From a virus, in the IMG/VR virus record IMGVR_UViG_3300016466_000859, positions 1 to 64,000 of that record: a stretch of DNA of 64,000 bases; one strand, written 5' to 3'. Shown in pieces: positions 53,530 to 62,312 of the stretch (within the stretch, counting starts at the first letter, position 1; each line of letters begins with the position of its first letter). Made by a program: the position numbers and the translations under genes. The notes under the pieces were generated by a model that was given only the letters and a program-made list of their open reading frames with translations, did not search any database and was not told the DNA's origin.

Positions 53530-54857
53530 GTGACACCAAAGAATTCTACAACAAGGGCTACGACTACAACAGTCGTGCTCCTTATTTCGCAGATCGAAAA
53601 GATCTTACTCCCGAGGAATGGCGCCGATTGACCGAGAGCGATACATTCTGTATGTTGCCATGGGTACACATGCATGCCTTTCCTGATGGACGTGCTTATC
53701 CTTGCTGCCTCAGCGACTACTGGCATCCTGTAGGAGACCTGCGCAAGAACACCATGGAGGAAGTCTGGAACCAGGACGCTTATCGGACCATGCGCAAAAA
53801 CATGTTACAGGACAAACCCTGTAAAGAATGTACCAAGTGCTACGAGCAAGAGAAGGCCGGATTCTTCAGCATGAGATATGATGCTAACAGGAACTACGGG
53901 CATCATATCGCAGAAGTAGATCAAACTGCTCCCGACGGCGAGCATCCTGACTTCAAGATACGCTATTGGGACGTAAGGTTCAGCAACCTTTGTAATATGC
54001 GATGTCGCAGTTGTGGTCCCATCTTTAGTTCGAACTGGTTCAACGATCATGTCAAGATGTATGGCGTAGTTCCTGATGTGCTCAAACGTCCCATGGCCCG
54101 GGTGGAATACACCACCGGCGACGAAGATGGCATGCTGGCACAGATGGAGCCGCATGTTCCTTATCTCGAACAAGTCTACTTCGCGGGCGGCGAACCTTTG
54201 ATCATGAAAGAGCATTACTACATGCTGGAGAAGTTGATTGAAGCCGGTAAGACTGATGTAAGACTGATCTACAACACCAACTTCTCAGAACTACGCTACA
54301 AAGACAAGCATGTGTTTGAGTTCTGGAAACACTTTAAGACAGTCAACGTGGGCGCCAGCTTGGATGCTTCGGGCACTAGAGCCGAACTCATGCGCAAAGG
54401 CACCCAATGGTCACAGACTGTTGATAATCGCCGCAGGATGATGGAAGAAGTGCCGCACGTGGATTTCTACGTCAGCGCCACGGTATCATCGATGAACGTG
54501 CTACACGTCTTAGACTTCCATCGTGAGTGGAGTGACCTGGGATTGATACAACCCAAGGATTTCAATGTCAACATCTGTCAAAGTCCCGAGTGGTATAGGA
54601 TCGACATCTTCCCCGAAGAGTTCAAGAAATCAGTGATCGAACCCGCGTACCGTCGACACATTGAATGGTTGGATCCACAAGATACATTGCGCCGTGCCAC
54701 TACCGGATTCGAAAGCGCCATCAACTTTATGTTGAGCACCAATAACAGCCATTTGCTTCCACGCTGGCGAGAAGAAACAGACAAGTTGGACCATGTCCGT
54801 GGCGAAGATTTCTGGGCCACTTTCCCTGAACTAGGAGTGTTACGTGACGCTACCTAA
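53526..54857 (+). CDS. Radical SAM protein, N-terminal Twitch-like domain
   Basis: FCMLPW...PCC...CTKC; CNMRCRSC; FAGGEPLI; YNTNFS; ATGA overlap. Confidence 0.93.
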   Translation: MSDTKEFYNKGYDYNSRAPYFADRKDLTPEEWRRLTESDTFCMLPWVHMHAFPDGRAYPCCLSDYWHPVGDLRKNTMEEVWNQDAYRTMRKNMLQDKPCKECTKCYEQEKAGFFSMRYDANRNYGHHIAEVDQTAPDGEHPDFKIRYWDVRFSNLCNMRCRSCGPIFSSNWFNDHVKMYGVVPDVLKRPMARVEYTTGDEDGMLAQMEPHVPYLEQVYFAGGEPLIMKEHYYMLEKLIEAGKTDVRLIYNTNFSELRYKDKHVFEFWKHFKTVNVGASLDASGTRAELMRKGTQWSQTVDNRRRMMEEVPHVDFYVSATVSSMNVLHVLDFHREWSDLGLIQPKDFNVNICQSPEWYRIDIFPEEFKKSVIEPAYRRHIEWLDPQDTLRRATTGFESAINFMLSTNNSHLLPRWREETDKLDHVRGEDFWATFPELGVLRDAT

Positions 54858-56058
54858 GACTATATGTATGCTACCTTGGATGAGCATCGAGACTTCGCCA
54901 ATGGGAACAGCGAGACCGTGCTGCTTGGCTGACGAAGAAATCACAGATCCCAACGGAGAAAAATACGATCTCAATGTCACAACTTTGCGCGAGATCTATG
55001 ACAGCGAATACATGCAGAATCTACGACGTCAGTTCCGGCAGGGCAAAAAGCCTGCTACCTGTAATCGTTGCTGGGAAGAAGAGGCCGCCGGCCGCACAAG
55101 CAAACGTATACACAGCCAAGTACGACTCAAAGAATTGTACAAACAAGTGGATTGGGAGAACGATAAGCCAGACCAACTGTGGTTTGTGGATCTCAAACTC
55201 GGAAACATCTGCAATCTCAAATGTCGCATCTGCGGATCCTGGAGTTCTAGCAAGTGGGCCGAAGAAGAGATGAACTACTTGCCCAAGACCGTGGACAAGA
55301 AAACACACATCGCTTACACATGGCTCCGGCAAGGACAATGGCCCAGGAAGACCGAGACGTTCTGGGACGACCTGCGCAGCCTGCTGCCTAACATACGCTA
55401 CTTTGAGTTCACCGGCGGGGAACCATGGCTGATCCAGGAACACATTGACCTTCTCAAGTTTGCAGCTGACTCTGGTGACAGCCATCACATCGATATACAC
55501 TACAACACCAATGCCACCCAGTGGCCCAATGATCTCGTTGGCGTATGGAAACACTTTGGTCGTGTAGACATCGCATTCAGCATCGACAACGTGGGTGAGA
55601 GATTTGAATATGAACGTTTTCCTGCCAATTGGATCAAAGCCAACGAGATCGTAGACGCTGTGCATGACTTACAGAAAGCCAACACCAATATCACTACCCA
55701 ACTGTGTTTCACACTGAACATACAGAACGTCTACTACCTCGACGAGTTGCTGGCTTGGGCCGACACCAAAGGTTTTGGTAATGTTTATTTTAATATGTTG
55801 CACAGTCCCAGCAGGATGAGCATACAGTCAATGACACCACAGGCGCAGGAGTTGGTGATCAATAAACTGCAAAGCGTCCAGTGGCGATCCGAATACCAGC
55901 GTGAAGTCGACAATGTCATCAACTTCATACGCAACGGATCGGGCAGCGACGGACGAGAATTCTGTAGGCTCATGAAGCAGACTGATGCTTATCGAAAACA
56001 GGATTTCCGTGTAACACACGCCGAGATTGCCGAGGCCATGGGCTATGAAGAAACCTGA
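54844..56058 (+). CDS. Radical SAM protein, N-terminal Twitch-like domain
   Basis: ICMLPW...PCC...CNRCW; CNLKCRIC; FTGGEPWL; YNTNAT; GTG start with AGGAG. Confidence 0.93.
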   Translation: MTLPKTICMLPWMSIETSPMGTARPCCLADEEITDPNGEKYDLNVTTLREIYDSEYMQNLRRQFRQGKKPATCNRCWEEEAAGRTSKRIHSQVRLKELYKQVDWENDKPDQLWFVDLKLGNICNLKCRICGSWSSSKWAEEEMNYLPKTVDKKTHIAYTWLRQGQWPRKTETFWDDLRSLLPNIRYFEFTGGEPWLIQEHIDLLKFAADSGDSHHIDIHYNTNATQWPNDLVGVWKHFGRVDIAFSIDNVGERFEYERFPANWIKANEIVDAVHDLQKANTNITTQLCFTLNIQNVYYLDELLAWADTKGFGNVYFNMLHSPSRMSIQSMTPQAQELVINKLQSVQWRSEYQREVDNVINFIRNGSGSDGREFCRLMKQTDAYRKQDFRVTHAEIAEAMGYEET

Positions 56059-57349
56059 ACATCGCCCCGATACCTTGTGCATGGCTCCATGGACCCACAC
56101 ATACTTGAGTCCACAGACCGAGCGTCGTATGTGCTGTGCCAGTCGTGAGCCTGCACAGAACTTCCAGCAATATATTGACACGGCCGCAGGTACCGGCCGA
56201 TACATTCCCATCACTTTGGAAGAGCATTGGAACGGCGAGCACATGCGAAGCGTGCGCCGCAGGATGATGAAGGGTGAGACTTTGCCTGAGTGCGATGTAT
56301 GTAACAGCAAGCTCTTGAACACAGATGTTTACCGTAGCTATTTTAATCATCTTTTCGGACATAAGTACAATAGCATATGGGACTTGACAGATGAGTCGGG
56401 TCACACCACTATGCGGCCCGTGAGTTGGGATTACAGGTTTTCCAACTTGTGTAACTTCAAATGTAGAACCTGTGGAGACATGTTAAGCAGTGCTTGGGAA
56501 AGCGAGCAACGCCAACACAACATGATCGATTGGACCAACCCCAAAAATCAGTGGATGGTTCCTGATATCAAAAAACAGATTGAACGTTTTCAAAATGAAC
56601 AGGTAGAGGCCGAGTTTTCACAGGCCGTTGAGGAACACCGAGTCGAGGAAGTGTACTGGGTAGGCGGCGAGCCGCTCATGTACGAACAGCATTGGCGATA
56701 CATGAAACGTATCGTGGACTTGGGAGATGGACAAAATGTTTACGCTAGATACAACACAAATCTTAGTCGCGTCGACTATCGCGGCATCAATTTGTATAGG
56801 GATATTCTTAGTAGGTTACGGGATTGGCAAATCTGTGCAAGCATCGACGGATCGGGCCGAATTGGAGAGTATATTCGAACAGGTCTTGATTTTGGTAAAT
56901 GGCTTGAGAACTTCAAGCAAGGAATTGAGATCAGTAGTCACCGCCGCCAGATGCGTCTTGACTTCACTCTTACACTCCCGGGTCTCTTCGAAGTTCGACG
57001 GATGACACAGCTCGGGCGGGAACTGGGTGTTGACACGTTGGCCAAAGTCATATTCAGTTTCTCGCCTGACATCATACTCAGCCCCTCGGCATTGCCCAGA
57101 GAGCTATTGGAACCTTGGTTAGACGAACTCATACCTGACACACATGGGGCTATGCAGGACTTATTGGTACAACTAAAATCCCGCCCCACGTTCCAGGAAC
57201 AGTGGCCCGATCAATGGCAAGCAGGTCTTGCAAAAGGCAAAGCCCGTGTGTTAAAATTAGAAGAAATAAGGAATGATCGATTTACCATGGACGACATACT
57301 CCGTGAGCGTCCGGCGATACACCAATGGTGGAGAAACATAGATGTCTGA
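56045..57349 (+). CDS. Radical SAM protein, N-terminal Twitch-like domain
   Basis: LCMAPW...MCC...CDVC; CNFKCRTC; WVGGEPLM; YNTNLS. Confidence 0.93.
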   Translation: MKKPEHRPDTLCMAPWTHTYLSPQTERRMCCASREPAQNFQQYIDTAAGTGRYIPITLEEHWNGEHMRSVRRRMMKGETLPECDVCNSKLLNTDVYRSYFNHLFGHKYNSIWDLTDESGHTTMRPVSWDYRFSNLCNFKCRTCGDMLSSAWESEQRQHNMIDWTNPKNQWMVPDIKKQIERFQNEQVEAEFSQAVEEHRVEEVYWVGGEPLMYEQHWRYMKRIVDLGDGQNVYARYNTNLSRVDYRGINLYRDILSRLRDWQICASIDGSGRIGEYIRTGLDFGKWLENFKQGIEISSHRRQMRLDFTLTLPGLFEVRRMTQLGRELGVDTLAKVIFSFSPDIILSPSALPRELLEPWLDELIPDTHGAMQDLLVQLKSRPTFQEQWPDQWQAGLAKGKARVLKLEEIRNDRFTMDDILRERPAIHQWWRNIDV

Positions 57350-57539
57350 ATTTTTACAAACTCTATCTCGTATGTGGAATACCGTACTGACTAATATCGC
57401 AAACACCAGTCTTGAAACTTGGATGATATTATTAGGTATATTTGCGATCTGGGCGGTGTTTGCTTTTTTCATTGTCAGAGATCATCTTAAAAATCCTGGA
57501 AAATACAACGATAGTGATAAATTTATACCACCTTATTAA
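57342..57539 (+). CDS. Small single-pass membrane protein
   Basis: 65 aa with TM segment WMILLGIFAIWAVFAFFIV; overlaps the upstream stop and abuts the next start. Confidence 0.6.
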   Translation: MSEFLQTLSRMWNTVLTNIANTSLETWMILLGIFAIWAVFAFFIVRDHLKNPGKYNDSDKFIPPY

Positions 57540-58610
57540 ATGAAAAAAATCAAAGTGGTGTTGAGAGATCCTCTCAACAAAAAACACGAATTTGACTATA
57601 ATATAGAAGTCGATCAACACGCCATGGCCGTAAGATGGTATGACGCCTTGCGGGATCTTGTACGCAATAATAATTACCTAGAAAAGAACTTTTGTTTTTT
57701 GGGATTTCCCGACACGGCCAGAGACCTTGGATATCTCTGCAAAGAATTAAACTGGGCCAAAGATCGTATCAATGAGTTTTTTGATGATTACAAAATCGAA
57801 GAAGACTATTCTCTCGACACCATGCGGCACGGATTAGATCCCAATCAAAATTTGATGAATGTGTTGCACAATCATTTTGAGGTATTGCAGGGAACAGTAT
57901 GGGGACTCAGTGATTATTACAAACGAGCTGATTACGAAACCAAGTTTGCTATAAGGCAATTAAACAATATCTGCCACGAAGCAGAAAGCCTTATGCTGAG
58001 CCAACGCAAGCAGGTTGAAGCACCAGAATGGGTGCGTCCGAGCCAGATCACTACTTTCCTCAACTCTCCGAGATTTGAATACCCAGCAGAGCATAAAAAA
58101 ATATTCGATGAGACCCGATACGACAGGACGTTTGGCACGGTATATCAGCACTGGACACAGATCGGAAAAACTCTCTATGAAGTCTACATCGACGAAGGAG
58201 GAAAAGATATAGATCGTGCCACGTGCGAAGCTATCACACATTTAAGATATTACTCCGGAGAATTTGATATCGAATGGGCACGAGATGTCACTTATGGCGG
58301 CGAATATCCTTGGCACACAAAAAGAATGACTGGATTCCGAGAATGGTTGTTACGCAACGGATTTGACCTCGACAATGTTGAATATAATTACGGTTACCAC
58401 AGTGTGGGTCAGGTCAATCTCAAAGAAAGTTTTGGCACCGATGATTATCTAGTTGTCTGGAGTGTGTTAGGACAGCACCTTGATATCTACAAAATAGAAA
58501 TGGAAGATATCACGACTGTCTACGATTATTGTTGGACCGACACCGACTATTATCAACAACAGATTGAAAGATTGCGACCGGGTTATGACTATAGTAGCAG
58601 GAGGTTGTAG
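57540..58610 (+). CDS. Hypothetical protein
   Basis: 356-aa ORF in the operon; His-rich motifs LHNHFE, LNNICHEAE. Confidence 0.75.
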   Translation: MKKIKVVLRDPLNKKHEFDYNIEVDQHAMAVRWYDALRDLVRNNNYLEKNFCFLGFPDTARDLGYLCKELNWAKDRINEFFDDYKIEEDYSLDTMRHGLDPNQNLMNVLHNHFEVLQGTVWGLSDYYKRADYETKFAIRQLNNICHEAESLMLSQRKQVEAPEWVRPSQITTFLNSPRFEYPAEHKKIFDETRYDRTFGTVYQHWTQIGKTLYEVYIDEGGKDIDRATCEAITHLRYYSGEFDIEWARDVTYGGEYPWHTKRMTGFREWLLRNGFDLDNVEYNYGYHSVGQVNLKESFGTDDYLVVWSVLGQHLDIYKIEMEDITTVYDYCWTDTDYYQQQIERLRPGYDYSSRRL

Positions 58611-59157
58611 TTTCGTCTGGGGCAGTGAATTGCCCGATAGCCCACACGGTGGGGTCAACGGATACAGCAGGTCCACTTTTCCGGCCCTGTTAGCCAAAGA
58701 CAGTTATGTGTGTTTGGCCTATCCGGGCATAGGAAATCGTGAAATATCAAAACGTGTCAGAGATTATCTAGTCCGTGCGAGAACAGATCAATTGATCGTG
58801 ATGGTATGCTGGACTTGGCCCGGCAGAGATGGAACTATAAACAGCAACGATGCTATATTGGATCTACAGAGGTATCTCGAACACTACAAGATACCCTATA
58901 TTTTCACCTGCGCAGATAATTGTATAAAAACAGACAATGCAGAGATAAAGTGGGAAGAATGGTTTTGGTTTCCACCCGGTGACCCGCCTTACCAGACATC
59001 GACCCCGAGAGGTTTTTACCAGTGGGCTCGCGAAAATAAATATCTAGTAGGTCCCGAACATCATCCGCTAATTGAAGCGCATCAAGATGCTGCCAAACTA
59101 ATCCAAGGAAAATTCGATGAATTGGTTAAAAAGATTGATAAATCGCGTCAAAATTGA
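58585..59157 (+). CDS. SGNH/GDSL-like protein
   Basis: GGCSFVWG block I, AYPGIGN, C-terminal HHPLIEAH; ATG at 58585. Confidence 0.55.
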   Translation: MTIVAGGCSFVWGSELPDSPHGGVNGYSRSTFPALLAKDSYVCLAYPGIGNREISKRVRDYLVRARTDQLIVMVCWTWPGRDGTINSNDAILDLQRYLEHYKIPYIFTCADNCIKTDNAEIKWEEWFWFPPGDPPYQTSTPRGFYQWARENKYLVGPEHHPLIEAHQDAAKLIQGKFDELVKKIDKSRQN

Positions 59158-59218
59158 AATACAATATCGCAAGAAACTCAAAGAGATGCGCAAGCGAGAT
59201 CCGTTTATCTACAAATGA
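59117..59218 (+). CDS. Hidden 33-aa basic peptide
   Basis: MNWLKRLINRVKIEIQYRKKLKEMRKRDPFIYK; AAGGA SD at 59105-59109; its stop forms the ATGA overlap with the next gene. Confidence 0.6.
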   Translation: MNWLKRLINRVKIEIQYRKKLKEMRKRDPFIYK

Positions 59219-59769
59219 TATTGGTAAATGGTGACAGCTTCACAGCCGGCGAAGAAAGCACCGTGGCATGGCCAGACCTTGTTGCTGATACAGTAAATAT
59301 AGCTACACCAGGAGCCGGCAACGATCATATAGTTTCCAGCACGATCGTACATATTGAAACTTATGGGAACATCGATCGTGCTATAATAGCTTGGACTACT
59401 CCACATCGCATAACAGTCAGTGGAAAGCATCTCACTCCCACTAGCCAAAAAAAATATGGTAAGCTAGTCGACGAAGTGTTTTGCGATTGGGATGAATCGT
59501 GGGCTTGGCGACAGTTTCATGCTTCTGTGGCAGCATTGCATGGTTATCTTGAGCACAAAAGAATACCACATTTCTTTGTGAGCACGTTTGGCATACCAGC
59601 TAATACCATCCGCGAATGTATATATTGGATGGAGTGGGGCACCGAAGGTATGATAGAATGGATGGGCGACTGCCCAAAAGGTCCCGGTGGGCACCCGCTG
59701 GAACTTGGACATCAACGAATAGCAGGAAAAATCAATGAGTATATTAGGAGTATCGGCTGGGTTTCATGA
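59215..59769 (+). CDS. SGNH/GDSL-like protein
   Basis: VNGDSFTAG, ATPGAGND, GGHPLELGH. Confidence 0.6.
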   Translation: MILVNGDSFTAGEESTVAWPDLVADTVNIATPGAGNDHIVSSTIVHIETYGNIDRAIIAWTTPHRITVSGKHLTPTSQKKYGKLVDEVFCDWDESWAWRQFHASVAALHGYLEHKRIPHFFVSTFGIPANTIRECIYWMEWGTEGMIEWMGDCPKGPGGHPLELGHQRIAGKINEYIRSIGWVS

Positions 59770-61264
59770 TGCCGCAGTGAGTCTAGTAGACAGCTCGGGG
59801 AATATTTTATTCGCCGGACACAGCGAACGTTACAGCAAAATTAAAAACGACGCCAATATCTGTTCAACATTGTTGGCAGACATACCTACCAAGGTAAATC
59901 ATATAGCATATTATGAAAAGCCTTGGTTGAAACAATTACGTCAGCTCTATTCAGGGCAGGGCGTTGAGTGGAAAAAGATAGATACCGAGACTATACTCAG
60001 GGCACAGCTCGGAGAGTGGATCACTCAACAAATACCCGGTATCAATATATTCCAGGAAATTATGTTCGATGATGACATTCCATCGATCAGCAGCCACCGT
60101 CATCATCTCAGCCATGCCGCGGCCGGCTTTCAAACTAGTCCTTATCAAGATGCCACTGTGGTAGTCTGTGACGCCATTGGCGAGTGGGACACAACATCGA
60201 TCTATCATGCCTACTACGATGATCTCGGTATCGCTAGATATAAAAAACTTTGGTCACAGAAATATCCACACAGTCTGGGCATGTTCTATTCGGCGTTTAC
60301 TAAACGTGTGGGACTACGACCCATGGACGAAGAATACATACTCATGGGCATGGCGGCCTGGGGTAAGAATATTTGGTTTAATCGTATCTACGATGAACAA
60401 ATCAAGGACATCGCCAACCTCACATTCAAGAACAATCTGCACCTGGGAGTTGACGACAATTACCTTGATATTGCCACCAACGAAGATATTGCTGCCAGTG
60501 TACAAGAGATCACTGAGTGGGCTGTTTGTAGGATCATGGAACGGGCTCGCACTTTAGGGAAAAGTGAAAATCTAGTTTATATGGGAGGAGTAGCCCTCAA
60601 CTGTCTTGCCAATCGGCTCTTGGGCAAGTACTATTCCAATATCTGGATCATGCCCAATCCCGGCGATGCTGGAAGTAGTTTAGGAGCGGCTGCTTTGGCG
60701 TACAAACGAAAATTAAATTGGCAAGATGCCTATCTCGGACATGTAATTTCGGGACCTTATCCGGTCAAAGGCTTGCTCGATGAACTATTATCAGCTAAAA
60801 TAGTAGGCGTGGCGTCTGGTGCCGCCGAGTTTGGACCACGAGCATTGGGAAATCGTAGCCTCCTAGCTGATCCCAGAGAAAAAGATATAAAGGATCGTGT
60901 CAATGAAATTAAACAACGTCAACGATTTAGACCCTTTGCCCCAGTCATACTGGCTGAGATGGTGGATGACTACTTTGATATGCCTCCTGGCTGGGTGGAT
61001 AGCGATTATATGCAAGTTGTCGCTCGGTGCCGTCATCCTGAGCTTTACCCTGCTATATGTCATGTTGATGGCACCAGCCGAGTACAGACGGTACCAAAGG
61101 ATTCAAGATCGGGCATCCGACAACTCTTAGAGCAATGGTATGTGATGACTGGGTGTCCTATGCTGTTAAATACATCATTGAACATCCGCGGAGAGCCAAT
61201 GGTCAACGATCGAGTTGATGCCGATCGGTTCGAGAAACTTTATGGAATAAAGGTGATATCATGA
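59735..61264 (+). CDS. Carbamoyltransferase (NodU/CmcH/TobZ family)
   Basis: GFHDAAVSL, HHLSHAA, DAIGEW, MGMAAWG, GGVALNC, GDAGSSLGA, EFGPRALGNRS, RFRPFAP, HVDGTSRVQTV, LLNTSLN. Confidence 0.95.
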   Translation: MSILGVSAGFHDAAVSLVDSSGNILFAGHSERYSKIKNDANICSTLLADIPTKVNHIAYYEKPWLKQLRQLYSGQGVEWKKIDTETILRAQLGEWITQQIPGINIFQEIMFDDDIPSISSHRHHLSHAAAGFQTSPYQDATVVVCDAIGEWDTTSIYHAYYDDLGIARYKKLWSQKYPHSLGMFYSAFTKRVGLRPMDEEYILMGMAAWGKNIWFNRIYDEQIKDIANLTFKNNLHLGVDDNYLDIATNEDIAASVQEITEWAVCRIMERARTLGKSENLVYMGGVALNCLANRLLGKYYSNIWIMPNPGDAGSSLGAAALAYKRKLNWQDAYLGHVISGPYPVKGLLDELLSAKIVGVASGAAEFGPRALGNRSLLADPREKDIKDRVNEIKQRQRFRPFAPVILAEMVDDYFDMPPGWVDSDYMQVVARCRHPELYPAICHVDGTSRVQTVPKDSRSGIRQLLEQWYVMTGCPMLLNTSLNIRGEPMVNDRVDADRFEKLYGIKVIS

Positions 61265-62097
61265 CACAGCGTATTTTAATAATGGGTCTACCCGGTGCCG
61301 GTAAAACTACATTAGCACAAACCTTGAAAAAGTATATTGAAGAAAATTCAGCATTTTTCCAGCCGCAGGCCGAAGCCCTGTACGGCAGTTATGCCACAGT
61401 GGAGTGGTTCAACGCCGATGAGGTAAGAAAGCGATTCAATGACTGGGATTTTAGCCACGAAGGACGCATACGTCAAAGCCACAGGATGCGCGAGCTGGCC
61501 GATAAAAGCAGTGCAGATTTTGTCATTTGCGATTTTGTGGCTCCACTGATTGAGATGCGACACAATTACAAGGCCGATTGGACGGTATGGGTTGACACTA
61601 TCGATCAAGGTCGGTTTGAAGATACCAATAGAATGTTCGCAGAACCCGATGTTTATGATTTTCGCATCACGGAAAAAAATGCAGAGAAATGGGCGGCATT
61701 TATAGGCGAGCACATATTAGAAAATCGACGGAGACCAGTGTTTGACTGGCGTCGAGAAACCGTGCAGATGTTGGGTCGTTGGCAACCTTGGCACCCGGGC
61801 CATCGTGCTTTGTTTGAAAGGCTGATTGCACGCACAGGACAGGTAGTGATACAGATAAGAGATGTTCAAGGCTGGCAAGGCAGCAATCCCTTTGATGTTA
61901 ACCAAGTCAAAGGATTTATTAAAAGAGACCTTGATCCACTCTATCAAGGTCAATTTGAAATAATGCTGGTACCCAATATCGTACACATTGGTTGGGGAAG
62001 AGGTGTTGGATATACCAGTGGCGAAGAAACATTTGACGAAAGCATCACGGACATCAGTGCCACAAAAATTCGTAAAGCCATGGGCTATGACAAATGA
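61261..62097 (+). CDS. Fusion of adenylyl-sulfate-kinase-like P-loop domain and HxGH nucleotidyltransferase domain
   Basis: GLPGAGKT, NADEVR, DFS.EGR.RQ..R; C-terminal LGRWQPWHPGH...ISATKIR. Confidence 0.75.
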   Translation: MTQRILIMGLPGAGKTTLAQTLKKYIEENSAFFQPQAEALYGSYATVEWFNADEVRKRFNDWDFSHEGRIRQSHRMRELADKSSADFVICDFVAPLIEMRHNYKADWTVWVDTIDQGRFEDTNRMFAEPDVYDFRITEKNAEKWAAFIGEHILENRRRPVFDWRRETVQMLGRWQPWHPGHRALFERLIARTGQVVIQIRDVQGWQGSNPFDVNQVKGFIKRDLDPLYQGQFEIMLVPNIVHIGWGRGVGYTSGEETFDESITDISATKIRKAMGYDK

Positions 62098-62312
62098 TCG
62101 ACACCAAGAAAAGAAGTCTAGTAAAGACCTTGAGCTGGAGGTTAACCGGTAGCTTTGCTACCTTCTTGATATCTTATCTCATTTCGGGAAACTTTGCGAT
62201 CGCTTCGTCGATTGCAGCCGTGCAGATAGTGGCAAACACGATACTTTACTATCTACATGAAAGGATCTGGGATCGCATCAATTGGGGCAGGAAAGGCACC
62301 AGTTTAAATTAG
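62094..62312 (+). CDS. DUF2061-like small membrane protein
   Basis: RSLVKTLSWR, YYLHERIW.RI.WG. Confidence 0.8.
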   Translation: MIDTKKRSLVKTLSWRLTGSFATFLISYLISGNFAIASSIAAVQIVANTILYYLHERIWDRINWGRKGTSLN

